Positions 32,034 to 41,500 of a DNA stretch of 64,000 nucleotides are shown here, piece by piece. A program made the position numbers and the translations under genes. The notes below the pieces were generated by a model. That model saw only the letters and a program-made list of their open reading frames with translations, had not been told where the DNA came from and ran no database searches. Numbering within the stretch: the first letter of the stretch is position 1; each line of letters starts with the position of its first letter. The stretch spans positions 3,318 to 67,317 of the forward strand of contig CAYOCD010000004.1 of the NCBI GenBank assembly GCA_964402425.1. Reading direction: 5' to 3'. The DNA comes from an uncultured Gammaproteobacteria bacterium. Lineage in GTDB: Bacteria; Patescibacteriota; Patescibacteriia; UBA9934; GWF2-40-263.

Positions 32034-32750
32034 ATGCACAACGGCGCATTTATCCTGATCGATGGTATTGCGGGCAGCGGAAAAACCACCGTCATTCAAG
32101 CTATGCACGACGCGCTTGTTGCGCAAGGTCTGCATTGTTTCCGCTTGCACGATTGGCAGGAAAATCACCCGCCAACATTTGAAGAAATTCCAGACTTTGA
32201 TGTGTACTTCACACTCGAGCCCACACGCCAATGGGTTGGCGCAGCTATCCGATTAGAAATGTCGCAGAAAGAACATCCATATGGAGGCAAAGAACTTGCG
32301 CATGCGTTCGCCATTGATCGTGAGATCATGTATCGACGTTTAATTATACCTGCCCTCAAGGCAGGCAAGACGATTGTGCAAGATCGTGGTGTTTCAACAT
32401 CCATCATCTATCAACCGATCCAGTTGAATAGCCTGTCTCTCGAGGAGATCTTAGATCTCCCGGGAAACAAACTCGCCCTGCAGATTGCACCATCACATCT
32501 CGTTCTCACCTCAACTCCCGTCGAGAAGATCATAGACCGCATTCGCAATCGTCCCGCATCACAAGGTGCGGCCGGGGTGTTTGCAGATGTAGAACTTGCG
32601 CGTCGCGTAGATACACGCTATCGCGAACCATGGTTTCGCGACCTGTTTGAATCGCGCGGAACACACATTCACACACTCGATACGAGCGGCACACTTGCAG
32701 AATCGCAAACAAATGCCGTGTCACTCATCACTCAACTGTTGGGGACATAG
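32034..32750 (+). CDS. dTMP-kinase-like (d)NMP kinase
   Basis: P-loop IDGIAGSGKTT, EPT motif and DRG(V)STS (DRY-like); GAGG RBS 6 nt upstream. The track ORF starts at a TTG at 32001. Confidence 0.65.
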   Translation: MHNGAFILIDGIAGSGKTTVIQAMHDALVAQGLHCFRLHDWQENHPPTFEEIPDFDVYFTLEPTRQWVGAAIRLEMSQKEHPYGGKELAHAFAIDREIMYRRLIIPALKAGKTIVQDRGVSTSIIYQPIQLNSLSLEEILDLPGNKLALQIAPSHLVLTSTPVEKIIDRIRNRPASQGAAGVFADVELARRVDTRYREPWFRDLFESRGTHIHTLDTSGTLAESQTNAVSLITQLLGT

Positions 32751-32753
32751 GTC

Positions 32754-32966
32754 ATGTCAAAGAAGCGGAAACAAACCCAAACTCTTGTTCAATCCCCGCC
32801 CACGCCTCGTGAATACAAAGACCAACCGCTTGATGGCGGATGGAACGTATTCATCCCGGGAACAGGCATTTCTTATGCGAACGTTCTTCCAAAAGAAGAA
32901 CGACAAAAGCGCCTTGAACATTGCTCTGTCCCAAATCCCAAACCCGAAGATTCTGTCCCCAACTAA
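32754..32966 (+). CDS. small hypothetical protein (70 aa)
   Basis: The ATG lies 4 nt after the upstream stop; no family recognised. Confidence 0.3.
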   Translation: MSKKRKQTQTLVQSPPTPREYKDQPLDGGWNVFIPGTGISYANVLPKEERQKRLEHCSVPNPKPEDSVPN

Positions 32967-33006
32967 CACTCGCAAGAGTGTTTTTTCTTTGCTATCCTGC
33001 CCGCAT

Positions 33007-33663
33007 ATGTCTGTGCTCACCCGCCATGAAATCCTGAACTCGATCGAAAAACAAGAGATCGCCTTTGATCCCAAAATTGACGCGTTTCAACTCCAGCCGC
33101 ACGCAGTCGATCTTCGCCTCGGCTACAAGTTTCTCATACCAAAAAATTGGGTGATTGATGATTCTGGCCGACGTGCCATCAACATCTCGATTGACGACAC
33201 TGAACGTCAACGTGAACAATTCGAGGAAGTCATTTTAAAACCCGGTCAGTTCTTCGAGCTGCTCCCAAACGAATTCGTAATCGGCACCTCGCTCGAGTCC
33301 GTCGAGATCAACGCACCAAACCTGATGGCGATTCTTTTTCCAAGAACATCGACAAACCGACGAGGAATCGATCTTTCGCTCTCAGGAATCATCGACAACG
33401 GCTACAAAGGTCATTTGATTTTTCCCATGAAAAACGAAGCGGGCAACCAAGTGATCCGCATGTACCCCGGTGAGCGCGTCTGTCAGGTCATCTTCGAAGA
33501 ACTCAGTTCCCCGCTCACTATTGAAGAAGCAAACTTGCATGGCGTGAGCGCGGCAAAGTATACGAATTCAGATTCGAGTACGTACCGTCTCGATAAAGAT
33601 GAAGAGCGAACACATTTAATCGCAGGAACACTTGAAGAGATGAAAAAAAAATTTACATTATAG
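33007..33663 (+). CDS. dcd: dCTP deaminase (dUTPase superfamily)
   Basis: MSVLTRHEILNSIEKQEIAFDP N-terminus typical of Dcd; the track ORF (32647) is extended upstream through other frames' genes. Confidence 0.8.
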   Translation: MSVLTRHEILNSIEKQEIAFDPKIDAFQLQPHAVDLRLGYKFLIPKNWVIDDSGRRAINISIDDTERQREQFEEVILKPGQFFELLPNEFVIGTSLESVEINAPNLMAILFPRTSTNRRGIDLSLSGIIDNGYKGHLIFPMKNEAGNQVIRMYPGERVCQVIFEELSSPLTIEEANLHGVSAAKYTNSDSSTYRLDKDEERTHLIAGTLEEMKKKFTL

Positions 33664-33697
33664 AAAAAAACGACCCTGTATGGGTCGTTTTGGTTTA
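33662..33697. terminator. bidirectional terminator (acgaccctgtatgggtcgt)
   Basis: Stem with flanking A- and T-runs between convergent genes. Confidence 0.75.
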
Positions 33698-34318
33698 CAG
33701 CTGTTTTCTCACATTCTCAAATCGTCGCAGAGCCAGTTCATCCGAATCCGCTTCGAATGTGAATACGGGTTCGACAGATTCAGGAACGAACACACGATAC
33801 ATTGCGCCGTCTTGTTCGAGTCGAAGATCTGTTCGTGATCCTGTAAGGGTTTCTGCGAACACACGATCGCGAGAAAAACGTTCATGTGCATCATCGAGAA
33901 CGCACACATCTCGGACTCCCGCGTCGATCATCGCTTTCCAACATGGCTCGCAACACCACCAATGGCCGAACATATAAACGTCACAATCCGCAGGATCGAT
34001 TCCTTGATCGTGAGCGACTTGCATGAGCATGGTTTCTGCGTGGCCTATTGAATCATGAAGTGCACAAAGGTCGTAACCTGTTCCGCTTGGACAATCGAGA
34101 ACAACACGCGGACAAATATGTTTTGTTCCGCTTCCGCGATTAAATCCGTTTCCGGCGCGTGCAAGCACTTCGTCATCTCTGACAAGAACGACACCAACCG
34201 GATACAAAGAATCGCCCGCACATTCGCGACGCGCGACTTCTGCAGCCATCATGTGTGGATCACTCAAAGGAACAAACTTGAATCCGCGATTCGGCGGAAG
34301 ATATGGATAGGTGATCAT
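33695..34318 (-). CDS. CMP/dCMP deaminase zinc-binding family protein (dCMP deaminase-like)
   Basis: HAE (GHAETMLM) and PCxxC (CEPCWKAM) motifs; a long C-terminal extension. Confidence 0.7.
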   Translation of the reverse strand: MITYPYLPPNRGFKFVPLSDPHMMAAEVARRECAGDSLYPVGVVLVRDDEVLARAGNGFNRGSGTKHICPRVVLDCPSGTGYDLCALHDSIGHAETMLMQVAHDQGIDPADCDVYMFGHWWCCEPCWKAMIDAGVRDVCVLDDAHERFSRDRVFAETLTGSRTDLRLEQDGAMYRVFVPESVEPVFTFEADSDELALRRFENVRKQL

Positions 34319-34337
34319 ACAATCTCCTTTATTATTC

Positions 34338-34440
34338 TGTCATCCTGAGGAAGTTCGACGACCGAAGGATCTCGCGTTTATAAGTGCTTTATTAACGCGA
34401 GATCCTTCGGCTAAACCTGAAACGGTCGCTCAGGATGACA
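34338..34440. mobile_element. MITE-like palindromic element, family 1 (TIRs TGTCATCCTGAGG / GCTCAGGATGACA)
   Basis: 103 nt with terminal inverted repeats and an internal palindrome gaaggatctcgcgtt...aacgcgagatccttc; it supplies the last codons and stop of folA. Confidence 0.8.
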
Positions 34441-34957
34441 CAGAGTAATGTAAAAGAACTGTTTGTTCGCCGAGCATTTTTGATTCAACGAGTTTGAGCT
34501 TAACATCTCCAAACGATTCCGCAAGCGAAATTCCCTCACCAAACAAAATAGGTTCAATGGTAAGAAAAACATCTGTCACGAGTTGCTCTCGAAGAAACGA
34601 AGAATACACAAAAGAGCCACCACCGATCACAACAGATGTGACTCCCTCTGATTCCAGTCGACGAATCAAATCCACAGGAGCCTCTTCGACAAACTCGAGT
34701 CTTGTTCCGTTTCCATCAGGCGGAACATTCTTTTCCTTCATGGAAGCGTCAAGCGTAAGTACGATCAGTCTTCGACCCTTAAGGGGTTTTCCGATCGTGT
34801 CGAATGTCCGCTGACCCATAATCACCGTCCCTGACTCTTTTGTTTTCTCGATAAAAAATGCCGTGTCTTCTTTTGAAGTCCATTCAAGCGAAGATTGATT
34901 TCGTGATTGTGCGATTTTGCCATTGAGAGATATGGCAGCGATAAGATTGATCTTCAT
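34430..34957 (-). CDS. folA: dihydrofolate reductase
   Basis: DHFR-fold family (MKINLIAAISLNGKIA...), overlaps thyA by 4 nt. Confidence 0.75.
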   Translation of the reverse strand: MKINLIAAISLNGKIAQSRNQSSLEWTSKEDTAFFIEKTKESGTVIMGQRTFDTIGKPLKGRRLIVLTLDASMKEKNVPPDGNGTRLEFVEEAPVDLIRRLESEGVTSVVIGGGSFVYSSFLREQLVTDVFLTIEPILFGEGISLAESFGDVKLKLVESKMLGEQTVLLHYSVSS

Positions 34958-35820
34958 ACAGCGATCTCAAATTTAATACTCGGCGCAGGATGATAATTTT
35001 CGATCGTTGTGTCTGTGTGTTTCCAATCAAAGATCGATGTAAAATGGTCCGTTCGAACGTGCGGTAAATCAACAGGCTCTCGAGAAAGCTGCTGGCGAAG
35101 TCCGTCAATGTGATTTGCATACACATGAGCATCACCCAAAAACGCAACGAGTCTTCCCTCTTTCAATCCCGCTTCTTTCGCAAGCAAATGTAAGAGTAAC
35201 CCGTGAGCAACAATATCAAATGGTAACCCGATCGCAACATCCACAGAACGTTGATTCCACATCAAATTCAATCGCCCATTTAAAACCGTTACTTGAAATC
35301 CGTAATAACACGGCGGAAGCGCCATCTGATGCAGCATAGTTGGATTCCATGCACTTACAATCATACGACGATCATAGGGATCGCGCTTGAGTGTTTCGAC
35401 AAGTTTTGCAATCTGATCAACACCCTGTCCTGAGTAGTCCGTTGTATAATCTACATAATCCGCACCAAAATGTCGCCACTGAAATCCGTAAATAGGTCCA
35501 AGTTCACGCTCTTCACGCATACGTGCTTTTGTTTCTGCATCATGTCCATATGGCACAATGTGAGGCGCGCACCATTCATCCCAAATATGATTGTTCCGTT
35601 CTTGAAGCCAAGCCTTATCTGTTTTTCCATTCAAAAAAAATTCAAGCTCAATAGCCGGTAAACGCAAAGGAACTTTCTTGGTTGTGAGCATCGGAAAACC
35701 ATCTTGCATGTCGTGTTCAAACATCGCACCCGCAATCGCAACCGTATCAATCCCCGTCCGATTCGGCTTCATGATTCCCGTATCGAGAACCTTATTCACA
35801 AGATCGAGATATGCTTTCAT
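34954..35820 (-). CDS. thyA: thymidylate synthase
   Basis: ThyA signature including the active-site PPC region and the DVAIGLPFD/IVAHG...LL segment. Confidence 0.92.
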   Translation of the reverse strand: MKAYLDLVNKVLDTGIMKPNRTGIDTVAIAGAMFEHDMQDGFPMLTTKKVPLRLPAIELEFFLNGKTDKAWLQERNNHIWDEWCAPHIVPYGHDAETKARMREERELGPIYGFQWRHFGADYVDYTTDYSGQGVDQIAKLVETLKRDPYDRRMIVSAWNPTMLHQMALPPCYYGFQVTVLNGRLNLMWNQRSVDVAIGLPFDIVAHGLLLHLLAKEAGLKEGRLVAFLGDAHVYANHIDGLRQQLSREPVDLPHVRTDHFTSIFDWKHTDTTIENYHPAPSIKFEIAV

Positions 35821-35886
35821 ATGCTCCTCATGCTATCAAACCTAACTAGATGTCGCCATGTTAATAATTTGATAGAATAGGCGGGT

Positions 35887-36357
35887 ATGAATACCCCTGT
35901 GGACATCTTTCGCAAGCATCCGGATGCGCTTTTACCAGAATACAAATCCCCTGGTGCGTGTGCCTTTGATTTAGCCCCAATAGAAGACACCGTCATTGAA
36001 CCTGGTCAAATTGTTCGATTAAAAACCGGACTCATTATTTGTGTTCCTGTAGGCTACACCCTCCTCATCGCAGCCAGATCATCTCTCCCAAAAAAATTCG
36101 GCCTTTGTATTCCCCAAGGCTTTGGAATTGTTGATCAAGACTATTGCGGACCGGACGATGAACTATTACTGCAACTTTTAAACTTCACAGATGAACCAGT
36201 CACGGTCAAAGCAGGCGATCGCCTTGCGCAAGGCATGTTTGTCCCGATCATGAAATGCACATTTAACGAAGTGAGTGAATTAACGAATGCAAGCCGAGGT
36301 GGATTCGGATCCACAGGACACGAATCTCTAGCCCCCCACCCCTCACCCCTGCTATAA
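35887..36357 (+). CDS. dut: dUTP diphosphatase
   Basis: dUTPase motifs (GIVDQDYCG, RGGFGSTG). Confidence 0.85.
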   Translation: MNTPVDIFRKHPDALLPEYKSPGACAFDLAPIEDTVIEPGQIVRLKTGLIICVPVGYTLLIAARSSLPKKFGLCIPQGFGIVDQDYCGPDDELLLQLLNFTDEPVTVKAGDRLAQGMFVPIMKCTFNEVSELTNASRGGFGSTGHESLAPHPSPLL

Positions 36358-36374
36358 TGCCCACATCATCTTCG

Positions 36375-36409
36375 GCCACTCAAGCCTTTATTGCCTCTCA
36401 AGCCTTCCT
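36375..36409. repeat. family 3 repeat fragment (ccactcaagcctttattgcctctcaagccttcc)
   Basis: GCCTTTATTGCCTC unit as in the 24391 and 29667 clusters. Confidence 0.5.
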
Positions 36410-36411
36410 CT

Positions 36412-37305
36412 ATGAAACCCCTCATTTCCATCGGTGACCTTATTGATCAGTCGTGGAACAAGTACCGCTCAAACATCCCGTTCTTTTTACAACTATCCGG
36501 CTGGCTTGTTCTGGTTGCCCTCTTAAATACCATCGCCTTTTTACTATACCCAAACGCAGGAGCCATTGCCTATCACGCAAAGTTTACGGCAAGTGAAATT
36601 GCAGGAGTTGTTCTATACGCTTTTTCAAATCTCCTTCTCTCTCCACTGCTTGGATTTTGGGTATTTATTTCACTTGCACTCGGTGCTAAGTCTGTCATCA
36701 GTGGTGAACGTGCAAGTATTGCCAGTATCATGCAAGAAACAAAAAAACGTTATTTTTCAACGTTTGCTGTTGCCATCTTGGTTGGACTCACTATTTTACT
36801 CGCACAAATCATCACCCTCGGTCCTTCCATTTTACTTGGCACCATTGGATTTTTAATGCAAAACGCATGGATTCTGGGAATTGCAAATGGACTCTTGTTT
36901 ATTGGACTCATTGTCAGTTTGATTTTGACAACACGCTGGACATTGTATTATATGCTCGCACCGTATGCAGCTATACTCGATCGAGCAAAAAACAAACAAG
37001 CTCTGAAAAAAAGCCGCGCGTTAACAGAGGGAAAATTCTGGAGTGTTCTTGCTCGTATACTTCTCCCAAAATTTGTGTTCCTTCTGTTTGGTGTTTTGAT
37101 TACCATGCTTCTAAGCCTTGTCATTAATATTTTCCTTATAGGATCAACCGGTCTTAATATAGATGTTCAATTGCGTATCACAGAACTCACAGAAGCAGTT
37201 CTCCCAATGCTCATTCTGATTTTTCTCAATCCACTCATCTTCTTATCTGATGTTCTCCTTTATCAAAACCTTACGGAACAAACTGGCGCATCTTCCGACA
37301 AATAA
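36412..37305 (+). CDS. hypothetical polytopic membrane protein (paralog A)
   Basis: Multi-TM; its N-terminal region is similar to the next gene. The track ORF starts at a TTG at 36391. Confidence 0.6.
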   Translation: MKPLISIGDLIDQSWNKYRSNIPFFLQLSGWLVLVALLNTIAFLLYPNAGAIAYHAKFTASEIAGVVLYAFSNLLLSPLLGFWVFISLALGAKSVISGERASIASIMQETKKRYFSTFAVAILVGLTILLAQIITLGPSILLGTIGFLMQNAWILGIANGLLFIGLIVSLILTTRWTLYYMLAPYAAILDRAKNKQALKKSRALTEGKFWSVLARILLPKFVFLLFGVLITMLLSLVINIFLIGSTGLNIDVQLRITELTEAVLPMLILIFLNPLIFLSDVLLYQNLTEQTGASSDK

Positions 37306-38065
37306 AAATAGTCGTCCGCTCCATTCCTCCCTTGAACTTGTTTTACAGAGTCTTCATTTGTATCGCTCAAATTTTTGGCTCATGGTTGGGTATGCAGCAT
37401 GGCTCTTGTTCCCATTCAGTGGATATTTTTTGTTAAGTTTTTTTCCAGAAAAAAACCCAATTGTTATTGGGTTTGGTATTGTATTTTCCATAGTAGAATT
37501 CATGATCACCTTTTGGATAGGCATTGTTTTCATTCTTATTGTCAATACCCTTGTTGAGAAACGTCCATTTGATACCACTGGATTAAAAAGAGTTTCCATC
37601 TCCTTTTTGCAACCAACCGCTCTTGTTTTCATTTTACACATCCTGCTCACCTTCCTTGGTTTTATTTTCCTTGTCATTCCGGGTTTTGTAGCGATTGTTT
37701 GGTTCGCTTTTGCACAAACTTCTGTCGTCCTTGATGGCAAACGTGGGAAAGAAGCTCTCTCTTTCAGTAGAAGTCTTTCACAAGGTCGATTCTTCCGAGT
37801 TTTATATCGCCTCATTGGCGGACCTATTCTTATTAGTTTTGTTTATTTTCTGTTCGTTGCTGTTCTTATCTCCATTGTAGGTGGAATTTCTGGATTTGAC
37901 CCAACGCAAACAACACAATCCCCTCAATCTCCGGCATGGGTCGATCTCTTAGAATCAACGATTGGAATCTTTGTCATTCCTTTGCTTGCCACGTACATGA
38001 CGCTGCTGTATAAACACTTAAAAGAGACACGATACGTCCAAAAGATTGAACAAATTGAAACATAA
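37250..38065 (+). CDS. hypothetical polytopic membrane protein (paralog B), overlapping the upstream gene by 56 nt
   Basis: Shares the ...LxLxxQSxxxYRSN... block and the TM layout with paralog A. Confidence 0.55.
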   Translation: MFSFIKTLRNKLAHLPTNKNSRPLHSSLELVLQSLHLYRSNFWLMVGYAAWLLFPFSGYFLLSFFPEKNPIVIGFGIVFSIVEFMITFWIGIVFILIVNTLVEKRPFDTTGLKRVSISFLQPTALVFILHILLTFLGFIFLVIPGFVAIVWFAFAQTSVVLDGKRGKEALSFSRSLSQGRFFRVLYRLIGGPILISFVYFLFVAVLISIVGGISGFDPTQTTQSPQSPAWVDLLESTIGIFVIPLLATYMTLLYKHLKETRYVQKIEQIET

Positions 38066-38068
38066 CTT

Positions 38069-39586
38069 ATGTTAATTCCTGTTATTGGACTCGAAATCCA
38101 TCTCCAGTTGAAAACCAAATCCAAAATGTTTTGTGCGTGTCCGGCGCATGATGTTGGCGCATCTCCAAATACAAATGTGTGTGCGATCTGTCTTGGAAAT
38201 CCAGGAACGCTTCCGGTTCCAAACGAACAAGCGGTCCGATTCGGCACCATGATGGGTCTCGCCCTTAATTGTTCCATCGCCTCACATTCAAAATTCGATC
38301 GCAAAAACTATTTTTACCCAGACTCTCCAAAGGCGTATCAAATTTCTCAATTCGATTTACCGATTGCCTCAAACGGATATTTAGAAGTTGATGTTTCAGA
38401 TTCTGAGCGCGAACATGTTCGTATCGGAATTACACGCGCGCACCTTGAGGAAGACGCGGCAAAGAACACGCACGGAGTCGATGGAAAAACACTCGTGGAT
38501 TTTAATCGCTGCGGAACACCTCTTATTGAAATCGTCACAGAGCCAGATTTTAAAAATGCAAAAGAGGCAAAAGCATTCTTACATGAACTCCAACGCATCG
38601 CGCGCTATCTTGACGTTTCAAGCGCAGACATGGAAAAAGGCAATATGCGTTGTGACGCCAACATCTCGCTTCGCGAGGTTGATGCAAATGGTCAAATCGT
38701 TGGCGCAAGATTCAATCCAAAAACAGAAATCAAAAACTTGAACTCGTTTCGCCATGTAGAGCGCGCGCTCGAGTTTGAAATTAAACGTCAAACAAAACTC
38801 TGGGAGGAAGGAACACCTGTGATCATTTCTACAACACGTGGATGGAACGATGTAAAAGGCATCACAGAACTCCAACGTTCAAAAGAAGATTCAGCAGATT
38901 ACCGCTACTTCCCGGAACCAGATATTCCACCTTTAAACCTTGCTGATCTCGCGGAAGAACTCAAAGGCCGCATGCCAGAACTTCCAGCCGCGCGCCGCAT
39001 ACGCTTCGTTGAGGAATACGGATTAAAACCATCTGACGCCGCACAAATGTGTGATGACCCCGTCCTTGCAGACTTTGCGGAACACACATTCTCTGAACTT
39101 CAAGAATGGCTTGGTTCACAAGAAGGCAACCTTGACTGGGAGGCGGAAAAACCAAAAATGGCTCGTCTTGTCTCCGGATGGCTCCTGTCAAAACTCGGCG
39201 GACTCATGACAGAACGCAGTATCGATATCCGCATCTGTAAAATCACTCCAGAAAACTTTGCGGAATTCATCTCCCTCATTGCAACGACAAAATTAAACGG
39301 TACAGCAGGACTCAAAGTTTTAAACGCCATGCTAGATGACGGCAGAGACCCGTCACATCTCATGGAAGATTTAAAACTCGGAACGATGGAAGACGTCGGC
39401 GCACTCGCAGATATTATTGACCGCGCTCTTGCAAGTAATCCAGAAGAAGTCATGCGCTACAAAGCAGGCGAAGAAAAACTCCTTCCATTCTTTGTCGGGC
39501 TCGTCATGAAAGAAACACAAGGAACAGCAGATCCAGGAGTCACAAGAAACATGTTGATTGTGAAATTGAAGGGCGGAAATGGCTGA
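38069..39586 (+). CDS. gatB: Asp-tRNA(Asn)/Glu-tRNA(Gln) amidotransferase subunit B
   Basis: VIGLEIHLQLKT...FCACP N-terminus and a GatB/YqeY C-terminal domain. Confidence 0.93.
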   Translation: MLIPVIGLEIHLQLKTKSKMFCACPAHDVGASPNTNVCAICLGNPGTLPVPNEQAVRFGTMMGLALNCSIASHSKFDRKNYFYPDSPKAYQISQFDLPIASNGYLEVDVSDSEREHVRIGITRAHLEEDAAKNTHGVDGKTLVDFNRCGTPLIEIVTEPDFKNAKEAKAFLHELQRIARYLDVSSADMEKGNMRCDANISLREVDANGQIVGARFNPKTEIKNLNSFRHVERALEFEIKRQTKLWEEGTPVIISTTRGWNDVKGITELQRSKEDSADYRYFPEPDIPPLNLADLAEELKGRMPELPAARRIRFVEEYGLKPSDAAQMCDDPVLADFAEHTFSELQEWLGSQEGNLDWEAEKPKMARLVSGWLLSKLGGLMTERSIDIRICKITPENFAEFISLIATTKLNGTAGLKVLNAMLDDGRDPSHLMEDLKLGTMEDVGALADIIDRALASNPEEVMRYKAGEEKLLPFFVGLVMKETQGTADPGVTRNMLIVKLKGGNG

Positions 39587-39769
39587 AAAGGCGGAAGAGG
39601 CAAAAAGGAACAGAAAAACCGCCCATTCGATTCATTCGGGGCGGTTTTATGGTTGACAGAAATACTGATTACGGATATCGTCCCCTCTCCAAACATGCCA
39701 AAAGAACGGGAAAGATGTTCTTTCTCAAGAAATTGGCTCGGTTCCACGTGAACCAGGAGAATGTGCCAC

Positions 39770-40447
39770 ATGCTCGAAAGGATCAAGATTTTCAGTGCCG
39801 AACAGGCTGCGGAACTCAAGTCGTTCGAAGAGCGGCAATGGACACTCAAGTCCCGTGCATCTCAGATCGAGGATCGTCGCGGAGAGGGTCTGAGAGCCAA
39901 TGCTGATCGTAAAATTGGGCAATGTGCGTCAAGGATCAAAGATATCGAACGGTCGCAAAATCCAAGTGATGACTACTACATCATCAATGATGCAGACCGT
40001 GCCGCAAATCTCGAACGCAAGGCTCCCCTCGAAGCTGAGCGCGACCAAGCTCAAGCCGAAGTCGACGCACTCAAGCTCGAACAGAAGGAAATCGAAAAAC
40101 AACTCAATGAACTCGACGCGGAGAGAGCTCCACTCGAAGTTCTGAAGGAGATTCAGGACAAGCTCAACAAGAACTGGCCCATGATTGTGGCCAGCGAAAG
40201 CATCCTCAAGATCGCGGCCGAGATCGGTCCAGATCTGATCGTTGCAGCCATCGCTCCGCTGTTTGACGCCTACATGGACAGCATCGACAAATTGGAGCCG
40301 CAGCTCGCACGCCAGCGCAAGCAGAACACCAAGGCGTTCAAGGCCGACTTCGATGCGTTCATGGAAGCAGGCTTCACTTCGGCCAAGCCATGGACATCGT
40401 GCTCGCACGCGCCAAGACAGATACCCTCACGACGATTATGTCTATGA
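39770..40447 (+). CDS. hypothetical coiled-coil protein in a GC-richer islet
   Basis: AGGAGA RBS 9 nt upstream; heptad-like charged repeats; the C-terminal 20 aa look frame-noisy; local GC is higher than surrounding. Confidence 0.45.
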   Translation: MLERIKIFSAEQAAELKSFEERQWTLKSRASQIEDRRGEGLRANADRKIGQCASRIKDIERSQNPSDDYYIINDADRAANLERKAPLEAERDQAQAEVDALKLEQKEIEKQLNELDAERAPLEVLKEIQDKLNKNWPMIVASESILKIAAEIGPDLIVAAIAPLFDAYMDSIDKLEPQLARQRKQNTKAFKADFDAFMEAGFTSAKPWTSCSHAPRQIPSRRLCL

Positions 40448-40652
40448 TAGCCGCTTCGTACGGAAAATAGTTCGACCCCCCCCTTCCTCATCCTCACGAA
40501 CACATCGTGGGGATTTTCTTTTTAAAAGACTTGTAGTAAAGTCCCCCTTTACACCTTGACTTTCCGTCTATTTTTTGGTGTAATCCCTCGTCGTTTGGAT
40601 AAATCAAATCGACACCCCCTCTTAAAGGCTTCGTGCCTAAAGGACCAACCTC

Positions 40653-41471
40653 ATGGGCAACCAATCAGAACTCGCCATGACATTTTCACGTGAAGGTGAA
40701 GTGATCATTACATTCCCAGACGGACTTCGACACCCAACGGGTCTGTTTCCAAATCCATCCGATCAAGAAGTAACACGCGCTTTTTTTGACACGACCATCG
40801 GTAAAACAATTATCATGCAACTACGAGCACGAGAAATTCACGACAAAAAAACACGCCTTCTTCTTCAAGAACCTGCGCGTTCCATCATCGAACAAAATAT
40901 TGCTCGACTCAGTGAAATGAAATTTGATGGGGTTGTGTCCGTTCTTATGTTGGACCTCGATCATTTTGGTCGCGTCAACAAAAAGCATGGGCAAGATGCT
41001 GGTGACCAAGTTCTCCGATGGTTTGGTGACATCCTGCGTCGATCTACGCGCAACAACGATGTCCTGGCACGTTGGGGTGGCGAAGAATTCGTGGTTTTCG
41101 CCGCTGCAAATAAACCATCAGAAACACAAACCAATCGCCATCGCGATCGTCCTTGGTCTGAAACAGCGCGAATCGCAACAGGAACAACCTTGTCAAACCC
41201 GGATCAGTTGATGAGTAACGGAAAACTGATTGGTTCACGCATTCACACAACCACAGAAACAACCGCATGCCAAATCGGCAACATCTCGATCAAACAAACC
41301 GTAACAATCGGTGTTGCAAGCGCCTATCTCAAACCAGATTCAGACATCGACAGATTGTTTGATCGGCTCTTTCTCCTTGCAAGCGAAACCATGTACAGAG
41401 GTAAGCAAGAAGATCGTCGCAACCACGTTCATGTGGCACCAATGATCTATGTAAACCCAAAAACCTTCTAG
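40653..41471 (+). CDS. GGDEF-domain diguanylate cyclase
   Basis: LDLDHFGRVNKKHG ... RWGGEEFVVF (GGEEF active site); short N-terminal region without an obvious sensor domain. Confidence 0.8.
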   Translation: MGNQSELAMTFSREGEVIITFPDGLRHPTGLFPNPSDQEVTRAFFDTTIGKTIIMQLRAREIHDKKTRLLLQEPARSIIEQNIARLSEMKFDGVVSVLMLDLDHFGRVNKKHGQDAGDQVLRWFGDILRRSTRNNDVLARWGGEEFVVFAAANKPSETQTNRHRDRPWSETARIATGTTLSNPDQLMSNGKLIGSRIHTTTETTACQIGNISIKQTVTIGVASAYLKPDSDIDRLFDRLFLLASETMYRGKQEDRRNHVHVAPMIYVNPKTF

Positions 41472-41500
41472 TCTCCCCTTTGTGGAGACTTTTTTATTTC
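41472..41500. terminator. rho-independent terminator (gtctcccctttgtggagac followed by TTTTTTATTT)
   Basis: Stem plus T-run; convergent with the miaA end. Confidence 0.8.

Noticed and set aside
32647-33006. Upstream extension of the dcd ORF (track start 32647)
   Set aside because: The extension overlaps the dNMP-kinase-like gene's end and the small 32754 ORF in other frames. The canonical Dcd N-terminus begins at 33007.
39929-40408. 159-aa minus-strand ORF in the GC-rich islet
   Set aside because: It is antisense to the coiled-coil gene. High GC inflates the length of spurious ORFs.
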